Part shown: positions 37,445 through 46,563 of the stretch, in pieces
Layout: every line of letters starts with the position of its first letter
Numbering within the stretch: position 1 is the first letter of the stretch
NCBI GenBank assembly: GCA_016212885.1
Contig: JACRDO010000162.1
Span: forward strand, 4,985 to 68,984
Length of the DNA stretch: 64,000 nucleotides
Direction: 5' to 3'
Source: Elusimicrobiota bacterium
GTDB lineage: Bacteria; Elusimicrobiota; Elusimicrobia; UBA1565
Translations under genes and position numbers: made by a program
Notes under the pieces: generated by a model
What the model was told of the DNA's origin: nothing
The model's input: only the letters and a program-made list of their open reading frames with translations
Databases searched by the model: none

Positions 37445-37981
37445 ATGAGATTGAAGCACGCAATGATTTTTCTCACCATCATCTTGTCAGCGACTCTGGT
37501 GCTCGACGTTGAGTCTTTCGTGGATTTGACTCGTTTTTCCCATCTCCGGCATCTCTCTCCGGGCTATACACCTTTGATTGACGGGGATTTTTTCAACGGC
37601 CGCAGTGTCTTCTCTGCGTTCACTGACATGCTTTCCCTAATCATCCTTGTCGTAATGATTGTGATGATTCGACGGGCCTATACTGGCCGTTTGAATAGGC
37701 TGCTGCGTGTCGCTGTGCCAATTCCTTTTGCGCTCCTAATTCATTGCTTACTTGATAATCAAATAGATACCTATATTTATGAGCGGAACTTTTCCGGCGT
37801 TCTTGGAATCTTTTCCTGGACTCTGCTGTATGCAATCCCTGGATATTTGATAATAGGCCTGATCCTGTTTCTTTTGATAATGCTTACCTGCTATCCGGCG
37901 GGAATTTTGATGGACAAACTCCTGCTGTACGTGACATGCAGGATGAGCAAACGGTGCGCCGACACCGTTGAGCTGAAATAG
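37445..37981 (+). CDS. hypothetical polytopic membrane protein in a low-GC island
   Basis: Start 3 nt after the upstream stop. About 4-5 TM helices. GC about 45%. Confidence 0.4.
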   Translation: MRLKHAMIFLTIILSATLVLDVESFVDLTRFSHLRHLSPGYTPLIDGDFFNGRSVFSAFTDMLSLIILVVMIVMIRRAYTGRLNRLLRVAVPIPFALLIHCLLDNQIDTYIYERNFSGVLGIFSWTLLYAIPGYLIIGLILFLLIMLTCYPAGILMDKLLLYVTCRMSKRCADTVELK

Positions 37982-38022
37982 CTAAGCCACTCCCCGCTTA
38001 TAATGTTAAAATCTCCTTCAGG

Positions 38023-40227
38023 ATGCCCTCGCGAATCCTTGGCCGCCTCTTCCTTCCCTTCGCCCTTTGCGCCGTTCTGAGCGGCACCGCCGCTCCTGAG
38101 AACGGCACCAGCCGGCAGGTCGATGGCATGTTGGTCAAGCCCGAGACCCCTGTCCAGGAGAAACGGTCCAAGACCCCTGACCCCGCCGACGCGAAGAAGC
38201 AGATATCGGATTACATGGGGAGCCGGAACCCGGCGAAGCTGGATGCGCTGGTCCCGGCTCTGATCGAATGGGCCTCCACGCCGGAAGGGCAGAAGATGAT
38301 CTCCAGCGTCCTCAACGGGATGGCGAAGGAGTGGGCGAAATCCGGGCGGGATGGGAGCCCGAACGAGTTCTTCGCCCGGGAGATGATCAACCGGTCCCCG
38401 GAGGGCGACGCCGGCTACCGCCTCCTGGCCGAGGCCCTGGCGAACCGCGGGGACCCCGAAGGCACCATCGAGGCGGCCAGCAAGGCCATGGAGTACGGCG
38501 GGCCCGACCACAAGCTCTACGTTCTCAGAGGAGTCGCTTCCTCGAAACTCGGCGACTACCAAGCGGCTCACGGCGACGCGGCCGACGCTTTGAGGCTCAA
38601 TCCCAGCGACGCTGCGGCGATGTCCCTCTTCAAGCTGAGCGAGTCGAGGCTCCTTCAAGTCCCCGCGCAGAGCGCGGGCGGCTCCGGCGAGGAGGGCGCA
38701 GGCGGGCGCGGCGCGCCGGCCCCGCAGGGCGGCAACCCCGCGGCCCAGTCCGCGGCCCTGACCAGCGAGGCCGCGGCTGCCCTCAAACTCGGCGATGCCT
38801 GGGCCGCGATCGCCAAGGCGGGGGCCGCCATCAGCCTCAACCCGAACAACGCCCAGGCCTACAACCTGCGCGCCACGGCCGAGACCAAGCTCTCCAAGAA
38901 CATCGCGGCCGTCGAGGATGCCACCAAGGCCCTGGAGCTGGCTCCAGGCGGCCCCGCGGCTCTGACGACCCGCGCCTGGGCCCTGGGCCGCCTGGGCTCT
39001 TTCTCGAAGGCGCTCTCGGACGCGACCCTGGCCGCGCAGGGCAGCCCCGCAGACGGGGCCGCGCATTTTACGCGCGCCTTCGCCCTGAGCGGCCTCGGGC
39101 GCCGCGGCGAGATGCTCGATGAGCTCAAGGCCGCGGCGGAGCTCCAGCCCGCGTTCCAAGGCGTCTACGCCGCGGCGGTCCAGCTCCCGGCCTCCGCGGA
39201 CTCCATGCTGCTCTTCTCCGGGATGGAGCCGGCCAGGGCCGCGGCACTGCAGAGGCCGATCGAGCCCCGGCGGCGCTCCAGCCTGACGATCATCCTGGCC
39301 ACCCTCATCGGCGGCTTCCTCATCGCGCTGGGGCTTCTCCAGAACGCGGCGGGCTTGCGCAGTTGGACCCAAAGGATGCTCAAGCGCGCCTCCCCGGCCG
39401 CCGCGCCGGAGGCCGGGGGCGCCGGCGCGTTTTGGAGGCGCTTCGCACAGGTCAGGGAGATCGGAGAGGGAGGCATGGGCGTCGTCTATGAGGCCGTGGA
39501 CGTGGGCCTGAAGCGGAAGGTGGCGGTCAAGAAGATGCGCGAGGGGATACGTTCCAGCGAGCGCGAGCGGGCGAGGTTCCTCGAGGAGGCCCGCATCGTG
39601 GCCTCTCTCAAGCACCCCGGCATCGTGGAGATCCACTCCATCGAGGAGGAGGGCCTGGACGTCTATCTCGTCTTCGAGTTCGTCGAGGGGTCCACGCTGG
39701 AGCAGCTGGTCCGCGAGCGCGGGACCCTGAAGTTTGCCGAAGCGCGCCGGATCTTCCAGGGCGTCTGCGAGGCGCTCGATGCGGCGCACGAGCGGGGCGT
39801 CATCCATCGGGACCTCAAGCCGGCGAACATCCTCATCACCCCGCAGGGCCTGCCGAAGGTGATGGACTTCGGCTTGGCGCGCTCCATGGAGGCCGCTGTC
39901 CGGATGACGACGAACACGATCTGGGGCTCGCCGTCCTACATGGCGCCCGAGCAGGAGGAGGGCGAGGCCTGCGTCCAATCGGATATCTACTCGCTCGGGA
40001 TCTGCCTCTACGAGGCTCTGAGCGGGCAGCTGCCGTTCACGGGCTCTCCCGCGAAGGCGTTCCTCAACAAGAAGGAGGGGAGATTCACCGCGCCTAGCCG
40101 GGCCCTTGCGGGCCTGCCTCCGGACTTAGACCGGCTCATCGGGAAGGCTCTCGAGCCCATGCCTGAGCGGCGTTTCCCGTCCGCCCGGGCTTTCTCCGAG
40201 GCATTGGATCAGCTCGTTCCGTCATAG
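38023..40227 (+). CDS. transmembrane Ser/Thr protein kinase with periplasmic TPR-repeat domain
   Basis: Signal peptide, TPR repeats and a TM helix (LTIILATLIGGFLIALGLL). Hanks kinase motifs (GEGGMGVVYEA, VAVKKM, HRDLKPANILI, DFGLA, SPSYMAPE). Confidence 0.85.
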   Translation: MPSRILGRLFLPFALCAVLSGTAAPENGTSRQVDGMLVKPETPVQEKRSKTPDPADAKKQISDYMGSRNPAKLDALVPALIEWASTPEGQKMISSVLNGMAKEWAKSGRDGSPNEFFAREMINRSPEGDAGYRLLAEALANRGDPEGTIEAASKAMEYGGPDHKLYVLRGVASSKLGDYQAAHGDAADALRLNPSDAAAMSLFKLSESRLLQVPAQSAGGSGEEGAGGRGAPAPQGGNPAAQSAALTSEAAAALKLGDAWAAIAKAGAAISLNPNNAQAYNLRATAETKLSKNIAAVEDATKALELAPGGPAALTTRAWALGRLGSFSKALSDATLAAQGSPADGAAHFTRAFALSGLGRRGEMLDELKAAAELQPAFQGVYAAAVQLPASADSMLLFSGMEPARAAALQRPIEPRRRSSLTIILATLIGGFLIALGLLQNAAGLRSWTQRMLKRASPAAAPEAGGAGAFWRRFAQVREIGEGGMGVVYEAVDVGLKRKVAVKKMREGIRSSERERARFLEEARIVASLKHPGIVEIHSIEEEGLDVYLVFEFVEGSTLEQLVRERGTLKFAEARRIFQGVCEALDAAHERGVIHRDLKPANILITPQGLPKVMDFGLARSMEAAVRMTTNTIWGSPSYMAPEQEEGEACVQSDIYSLGICLYEALSGQLPFTGSPAKAFLNKKEGRFTAPSRALAGLPPDLDRLIGKALEPMPERRFPSARAFSEALDQLVPS

Positions 40228-40254
40228 GTAGGAATGCCTTAATATTTCTTATAC

Positions 40255-41934
40255 TTGTCATCCATACCTATGGCTTGGGACAAGATCCTTTGCTTCGTCG
40301 GCGGAGGCCTCGGGCTGTTCATGTACGGGATGGCCTTGGCCAGCGAGGCGTTTCAGAAAGTCGCGGGAAGGCGCCTGCGCATCCTTCTGGAGCTCCTCAC
40401 CGCCAACCGCTTCCTGGGGGTTGGGGCGGGGATCTTCGTGACGGTATGCACCCAGTCCAGCAGCGCGACCACGGTGCTCCTGGTGAGTCTCGCCAACTCC
40501 GGGCTCATCGTGCTCTCGCAGAGCCTCGGCGTCATCCTGGGGGCGGACATCGGCACCACGGTGACGATCCAGATCATCGCCTTCAAGGTCATGGACTACG
40601 GCCTGCTTATGGTCGCCCTGGGGGCCGCCCTCCAGCTGATGAGCCGCTACGAGAGGCCGAAGAACCTCGGCCAGGTGCTGATGGGCTTCGGGTTCCTCTT
40701 CTACGGCATCTCGCTGATGCAGGAGGGGATGGCGCCCCTGCAGCAGAGCGTCTGGTTCAAGGAGCAGCTGCTCCTGTTCGGGGCGCATCCCATGAGGGCC
40801 CTCCTCGTTTCGGCGCTGTTCACCGCCCTGGTCCACTCGAGCGCGGCCACGATCGCCGTGGCCCTGGCCTTGGCTTCCCAGGGGCTGCTCGGGTCCACTC
40901 CGGAGAGCAGCCTGACCGCCTCGGTCCCCATCATCCTGGGCGCGAACATCGGCACCTGCGCCACGGCCCTGCTCTCCAGCGTCGGCACGAACACCGAGGC
41001 CCGGCGCATCGCCCTCGCACATCTGCTGTTCAAAGTGGCGGGCGCGGCCGTCTTCTTCCCGCTGATCGGCCCGTTCTCGAGGCTCATCTTCCAGGCTTCG
41101 ACCGCCCTGACGCCGGATGTCGGGCCCGCGAGGCTTCTGGCCAACGCGCACACGGTTTTCAACCTGGCGATCACGGTCCTTTTCATCGGCTTCACCGGGG
41201 CCTTCGCCCGCATGATCGCGAGGCTCGTTCCGCATCGGGCGGACAAGGACCTCCAGCGCCTGGGCCTGCTGCCGCTCGCCATCGCCGAATCGGCCGAGCC
41301 GGCCCTGCGCTCGGCCGAGACCGCGCTGGAGCGGATGGCCTCCTTCATGCTGGAGATGTTCAAGGACTCCGCGCGCGTCCTGAAGAAGTACGACGCGCGT
41401 CTGCTCGAGGACGTGCGGCGCAAGGACGAAAAGCTGGACTTCATGCAGCGCCGCATCTCGGAGTACCTCGTCGCCCTCATGCGCCGCGAGGACCTCGGCG
41501 AGAAGGGCGAGCGCAGGTGCAGGATGCTTTTCATCGCGGCCAGCAACCTGGAGAAGATCGGCAATCTCATCAGCCGCAGCCTCATGGACGCCGCGTACGT
41601 GAAGCTGGCCAAGGACATCGAGTTCTCCATCGAGGGGCACAAGGAGTTCGAGGAGATGCTGTCCATGCAGGAAGCCCTGCTCGCGGAGCTGCTTGAGGCC
41701 CTCGGCCTCGACCCCGCCCGGGCCGAGAACGTGCGCTCGCTCCGGAAGAAGATCCTGGCCCAGAAGCTGGCCTTGGAGAGCGCGCACATCCGGAGGCTGC
41801 GCAAAGGCCTGCGCGACTCAAGCGAGAGCAGCTGGTGCTTCCTGGAAATGATCAACATCCTCGATTCGATCAGCTACCGGGCGATGTCCGTTGTCCACGC
41901 GGTGCAAGGGACGGACTTGGCGGAGAATTATTAG
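40255..41934 (+). CDS. Na+/phosphate symporter (NptA/YjbB family) with PhoU-like C-terminal domain
   Basis: Duplicated Na/Pi-cotransporter membrane repeats (QSSSATTVLLVSL..., HSSAATIAVALAL...). Helical cytoplasmic tail. Confidence 0.75.
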   Translation: MSSIPMAWDKILCFVGGGLGLFMYGMALASEAFQKVAGRRLRILLELLTANRFLGVGAGIFVTVCTQSSSATTVLLVSLANSGLIVLSQSLGVILGADIGTTVTIQIIAFKVMDYGLLMVALGAALQLMSRYERPKNLGQVLMGFGFLFYGISLMQEGMAPLQQSVWFKEQLLLFGAHPMRALLVSALFTALVHSSAATIAVALALASQGLLGSTPESSLTASVPIILGANIGTCATALLSSVGTNTEARRIALAHLLFKVAGAAVFFPLIGPFSRLIFQASTALTPDVGPARLLANAHTVFNLAITVLFIGFTGAFARMIARLVPHRADKDLQRLGLLPLAIAESAEPALRSAETALERMASFMLEMFKDSARVLKKYDARLLEDVRRKDEKLDFMQRRISEYLVALMRREDLGEKGERRCRMLFIAASNLEKIGNLISRSLMDAAYVKLAKDIEFSIEGHKEFEEMLSMQEALLAELLEALGLDPARAENVRSLRKKILAQKLALESAHIRRLRKGLRDSSESSWCFLEMINILDSISYRAMSVVHAVQGTDLAENY

Positions 41935-42000
41935 CTCTACTGTGCCGCACCGGCAAATTCCGGTGAGAAAGCGACACGGTAGAGTTAGGAGGCAAAACAC

Positions 42001-42660
42001 GTGACCAGATCCTTCGGGGGGATGTTCGGACGCTCGATGTTCACGCCGATCCTGGAGCACATGATCAAGGCGCTCGACTGCATGGAGGCCTTGCGCGAGC
42101 TCATCGGCCGCTTCGTGGAGAAGGATTACGACGCCTTGAAGAACCTCTCCCAGCGCATCGCGAAGCTCGAGCACGACGCGGACATCATCAAGGAGGAGTT
42201 CCGCGACGGCTTCTCCAAGAGCCTCCTCATGGCGGTCAACCGCTCCGACATGCTGACCCTCATCAAGGCCCAGGACGGGATCAGCGACGAGTGCGAGGAC
42301 ATCGCGAAGCTCGCGTCCATCCGCGAGACCGCCTTCACCGAGGAGCTCAAGGCCATATTCGTCGAGCTGACCTCCAAGGTTTACGAGTCGGTCAAGTCGC
42401 TCAAGGACCTGGAGGAGTTCATCGAGACCTCCTCCGGCGGGGACCCCGAGAAAATCGAGGAGATGATCAAGATCGTGCAGGTCAAGGAGTGGGAATCCGA
42501 TCAGCTCCAGCTCAAATTCATGAAGACCCTCTTCTCGCAGGAGAAGCAGATCGACACGGTCTCGCTCTTCATTTTGAGGGACCTGTGCAACATGGTCGGG
42601 AAGATCGCCAACCACGCCGAGAACGTCGGCGACTGCCTGCGCCGCATCGTAGCCCGCTGA
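42001..42660 (+). CDS. DUF47 / TIGR00153-family phosphate-transport-associated regulator-like protein
   Basis: GTG start preceded by GGAGG. PhoU-like helical-bundle sequence pattern. Confidence 0.65.
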   Translation: MTRSFGGMFGRSMFTPILEHMIKALDCMEALRELIGRFVEKDYDALKNLSQRIAKLEHDADIIKEEFRDGFSKSLLMAVNRSDMLTLIKAQDGISDECEDIAKLASIRETAFTEELKAIFVELTSKVYESVKSLKDLEEFIETSSGGDPEKIEEMIKIVQVKEWESDQLQLKFMKTLFSQEKQIDTVSLFILRDLCNMVGKIANHAENVGDCLRRIVAR

Positions 42661-42670
42661 TGCGTTTTTT
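42643..42670 (+). terminator. putative Rho-independent terminator
   Basis: 6-bp stem (CGCATC / GATGCG) spanning the stop codon, followed by TTTTTT (42665-42670). Confidence 0.4.
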
Positions 42671-42823
42671 CAGGAAGCCCGCAGGCGGGGATTCAACCTC
42701 GCCTGGAAGTTCCGGTTGTTCTGTGAGGGCGCATAGTTGACAGACAACAATTAGGAGGTCTAGTATATGGTCGCGGAGGAACGAGCGCGCTTTTTCAGGG
42801 CTTAGCATGAAAAGTAAGGGGGA

Positions 42824-44086
42824 TTGGCAGTGGAAAGAGTGGTAACCGTAATAATGGCGGGGGGAGCAGGGGATAGACTGCAGCCCTTGACTAAAGGACG
42901 TTCTAAGGCCGCCGTTCCCTTTGGCGGCAAGTTCCGGCTCATCGACTTCACGCTGAGTAATTGCGTCAATTCCGGCATTCGCAAGATTTTTGTGCTTACC
43001 CAGTACAGGTCAGGCTCGCTCAACATACATATCCAAGAAGGCTGGAGCATCTCAAGTTCCAGGTTAGGCGAATTTATATATTCCATACCCGCCCAGCAGA
43101 AACTCGGCGCCGATTGGTACCGCGGTACGGCCGATGCCGTACGGCAGAACCTTGACCTACTCGGGAGAGCGGATATCAAGGATGTTTTAATCCTGTCCGG
43201 AGACCACGTCTACAAGATGAACTACCTCCAATTGCTGGCCTATCATCGGGCGAAGAACGCTGGGTTGACGATATCGGCCGTCAGGGTGAGGATGGAGCAG
43301 GCTGCCAATAGGCTTGGGGTGCTGGAAGCGGACCAAGACTATAGGATGGTCGGCTTTGAGGAAAAACCGGCGCAGCCGAAGACGATTCCGAATGCCCCGG
43401 AGTATGCTTTCGCTTCAATTGGCGTCTATATGTTTAGATTGGATGTCTTGATGGAAGCATTGCGAGAGGAGGGACAAGACTTCGGTAAAGACATTATTCC
43501 CGGGATGATGGGAAAAGGCTCAGGCATCTTCGTTTATGACTACGAGAAAGAGAACAAGATAGAGGATTTCATGGTCGAGGTAAAAGAGGGCACAAGAAGC
43601 AAGGTTCTACTTGATAGAACCGGTGATTCCTCCTATTGGAGAGATGTCGGCACGATCGATTCATATTACGAAGCGAGCATGGACCTTGTGGGTGTAGCTC
43701 CACTGTTTAATCTCTATGGAGAGAAGTGGCTCTTAAGGACGTATCAGAGGACACTTCCGCCGAGCAAGTGCGTCCTCGGAGGGGGGATATCGGAGTCTAT
43801 TGTGTGCGACGGCTGTATCATCAGCGGCGGGAGGGTGTGGCGCTCGATATTGTCTCCAGGTGTGGTTGTCGAGAGAGGGGCTTCGGTTGATGAATCGATC
43901 GTATTTGATGATGTTATCATAGAGCCAGGCGCCAGAATAAGGCGAGCTATCATCGATAAAGAAGTCAGGATCCGCGCCGGTGTTTCTATTGGCTACGACT
44001 TGGAGGCGGATAGGAGAAGGAACTATGCGGTTTCAGATTCAGGCATAGTAATTCTCCCTAAGGGGATGGACGTCAGGCCCCTGTGA
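42824..44086 (+). CDS. glgC: glucose-1-phosphate adenylyltransferase
   Basis: N-terminal VIMAGGAGDRLQPLTKGRSKAAVPFGGKFRLIDFTLSNCVNSGI, a close match to the GlgC consensus. About 420 aa. This region has noticeably lower GC than its neighbours. Confidence 0.9.
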   Translation: MAVERVVTVIMAGGAGDRLQPLTKGRSKAAVPFGGKFRLIDFTLSNCVNSGIRKIFVLTQYRSGSLNIHIQEGWSISSSRLGEFIYSIPAQQKLGADWYRGTADAVRQNLDLLGRADIKDVLILSGDHVYKMNYLQLLAYHRAKNAGLTISAVRVRMEQAANRLGVLEADQDYRMVGFEEKPAQPKTIPNAPEYAFASIGVYMFRLDVLMEALREEGQDFGKDIIPGMMGKGSGIFVYDYEKENKIEDFMVEVKEGTRSKVLLDRTGDSSYWRDVGTIDSYYEASMDLVGVAPLFNLYGEKWLLRTYQRTLPPSKCVLGGGISESIVCDGCIISGGRVWRSILSPGVVVERGASVDESIVFDDVIIEPGARIRRAIIDKEVRIRAGVSIGYDLEADRRRNYAVSDSGIVILPKGMDVRPL

Positions 44087-44091
44087 TTCAT

Positions 44092-46563
44092 CTACCGCGT
44101 CGGTACGCCCCAGATGTCGCGGGCGTACTCGCGGATGGTGCGGTCGCTCGAGAACCGGCCGGATTTGGCCACGTTGACGATGGAGGAATTAGTCCAAGCG
44201 GTCTGATCCTTGTAGCGCTTTTCCGCCTCATCCTGGGCCCGGACGTAATCCTCGAAATCCGCAAGGATCATGAACGGGTCGCTGTGGGTCACCGCGTCGA
44301 GGATCGGGGTGAAGATCCCCGGCTCCACATGGGAAAAGAAGTCCAGCCTGATCAGCCGGAAGACCTCCTGAAGCGCCGGGGATTTGCCCAGGTACTCCTC
44401 GGGCCGGTAGCCCTTCCCTTTGAACTCCGCCACCTCGTGGGCCTTGAGGCCGAAAATGAAGATGTGTTCGGGCCCGACCTCTTCTGCGATCTCGATGTTC
44501 GCCCCGTCCCAGGTTCCGAGCGTCAGGGCTCCGTTCATCATGAACTTCATGTTCCCGGTGCCGGAAGCCTCGGTGCCGGCGGTGGAAATCTGCTCCGAGA
44601 TGTCGGCCGCGGGAATGACCCGCTGCGCCAGCGTTACCCTGTAATCCTCCAGAAACACCACCTTCAGGCGGCCGCGCAGGCTCTTGTCGCCGTTGATCAC
44701 TCCGGCGATTGAGTTGATGAACTTGATGATGAGCTTGGCCATGGCGTAGCCGGGCGCGGACTTTCCGCCGAAGAAGGCCGTGCGGGAGACGTAATCGCCG
44801 TTCGGGTCGCGCTTCAAGCGCAGGTAATGGTGGATGAGGAATAGGGCGAAGAGCGCCTGCCGCTTGTACTCGTGGATCCTCTTGACCTGCATGTCGAAGA
44901 TGGACTCGGGGTCCACGGCGATTCCAGTCGTCTTCTTGACGTGGGCGGCGAAGATCTTCTTGTTCTCATGCTTGACCGCCTGCCAATCCTTCCGGAAGGA
45001 GGCATCCTCCCTGAGCGGCAGCAGCTTCTTGAGCTCCCCGAGATTCGTGGTCCATGAGTCGCCGATCGCGCGGGTGATGAGTCCGGCGAGGAGGGGGTTT
45101 GCGTCTAAAAACCAGCGCCTCGGGGTGACGCCGTTCGTCTTGTTGTTGAAGCGCTCGGGGAACATCCCGTAGAAGTCCGCAAACAGCGTCTTCTTCAGCA
45201 GGCTCGAGTGCAGCTCCGAGACGCCGTTGACGGAGTGGCTGCCGATGATGCTCAGGTGAGCCATGCGGACCCGCTTTACATCCCCCTCCACAATGAGCGA
45301 CATCCGGCGCAGCCGGTCCACGTCGGCGATCCAGTGGTTGGCCACATCCCGCATGAAGCGGGCGTTGATCTCGTAGATGATCTCGAGGTGCCGGGGAAGG
45401 AGCTTCCCCAAGAGCGGTGCCGGCCAGGTCTCCAAGGCTTCGGGCATCAAGGTGTGGTTCGTGTAGGCGAAGGTGTTCACCGTGATGTCAAAGGCGCTGT
45501 CCCAGTCGAGGCGCTCCTCATCGAGCAGGATCCTCATCAGCTCGACGATGGCGAGGGATGGGTGGGTGTCGTTGAGCTGGATGGCGACCTTGTTCGGAAA
45601 ATCGCGGATGTCCGGGTTGTGCGCCTTAAAGCGCCGGATGATGTCCGCGAGCGAGGCCGCGCTGAAGAAATACTCCTGCTTGAGCCTCAGCTCCATTCCC
45701 GCGGAGAATTGATCGTTCGGGTAGAGCACCTTCGAGATGTTCTCCGAGGAGATCTTCTTGTCGTAGGCCTTCACGTAGTCGCCGTGGTTGAAGTAGTCGA
45801 GCTCGAACTCCTCGGTTCCTTTCGACGACCACAGGCGCAGGTAGTTGACCACGTCGTTCTTGTAGCCGGGGACCGGGATGTCGTAAGGCATCGCCAGCAC
45901 GTCCTCGGTGTCCGTCCATACCACGCGCAGGCGGCCGCCTTTTTCGAAGAATTGCCGCGTGCGGCCGTAGAAGCGCACGCGTATCGTATACTCGGGCCGC
46001 CCGATGGCCCAGGGGGTGCCCAGTTGCAGCCATTTGTCGGGCAGCTCCACCTGCCAGCCGTTTAAGATCTTCTGGCGGAAGATGCCGTACTCGTACATGA
46101 TGCCGTAGCCGTTGGCCGGCACCCCGAGGGTGGCCATCGAGTCCATGAAGCACGCGGCCAACCGCCCCAGGCCGCCGTTGCCCAAGCCCGCGTCCGGCTC
46201 CTGGTCGCAGACTTCGTCCAAGTCCAGCCCGTAGGCCCTCAGGGCCTGGCGCATCTCACCAGCGATGCCGAGGTTCAGGATGCCGTGCATCAAGAGCCGT
46301 CCGATGAGGAACTCCATGGAGAGGTAGTAGACCCTCTTGAGGTTCTGCTTGTGGTAGCGCTGCTGGGTCTTGATCCAGCGCTCGATCATCCTGTCCCGGA
46401 TGATGAAGGACGCGGTCATGAAGTCGTCGTAGCGCGTCGCCGTGTACTCGTCTTTCGCGATGGAGAACGTCCGGCGGTCCTGGAAGGACTGCTTGAGGTC
46501 ATCGACGCACATTCCGTTGCGGCTCTCCTTGGGGGGAGGAAGGACGTCGCTCTTTTCGCTCAT
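44092..46563 (-). CDS. glgP: glycogen/alpha-glucan phosphorylase
   Basis: 823 aa with the PLP-site motif EASGTGNMKFMMNGALT. Confidence 0.9.
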   Translation of the reverse strand: MSEKSDVLPPPKESRNGMCVDDLKQSFQDRRTFSIAKDEYTATRYDDFMTASFIIRDRMIERWIKTQQRYHKQNLKRVYYLSMEFLIGRLLMHGILNLGIAGEMRQALRAYGLDLDEVCDQEPDAGLGNGGLGRLAACFMDSMATLGVPANGYGIMYEYGIFRQKILNGWQVELPDKWLQLGTPWAIGRPEYTIRVRFYGRTRQFFEKGGRLRVVWTDTEDVLAMPYDIPVPGYKNDVVNYLRLWSSKGTEEFELDYFNHGDYVKAYDKKISSENISKVLYPNDQFSAGMELRLKQEYFFSAASLADIIRRFKAHNPDIRDFPNKVAIQLNDTHPSLAIVELMRILLDEERLDWDSAFDITVNTFAYTNHTLMPEALETWPAPLLGKLLPRHLEIIYEINARFMRDVANHWIADVDRLRRMSLIVEGDVKRVRMAHLSIIGSHSVNGVSELHSSLLKKTLFADFYGMFPERFNNKTNGVTPRRWFLDANPLLAGLITRAIGDSWTTNLGELKKLLPLREDASFRKDWQAVKHENKKIFAAHVKKTTGIAVDPESIFDMQVKRIHEYKRQALFALFLIHHYLRLKRDPNGDYVSRTAFFGGKSAPGYAMAKLIIKFINSIAGVINGDKSLRGRLKVVFLEDYRVTLAQRVIPAADISEQISTAGTEASGTGNMKFMMNGALTLGTWDGANIEIAEEVGPEHIFIFGLKAHEVAEFKGKGYRPEEYLGKSPALQEVFRLIRLDFFSHVEPGIFTPILDAVTHSDPFMILADFEDYVRAQDEAEKRYKDQTAWTNSSIVNVAKSGRFSSDRTIREYARDIWGVPTR

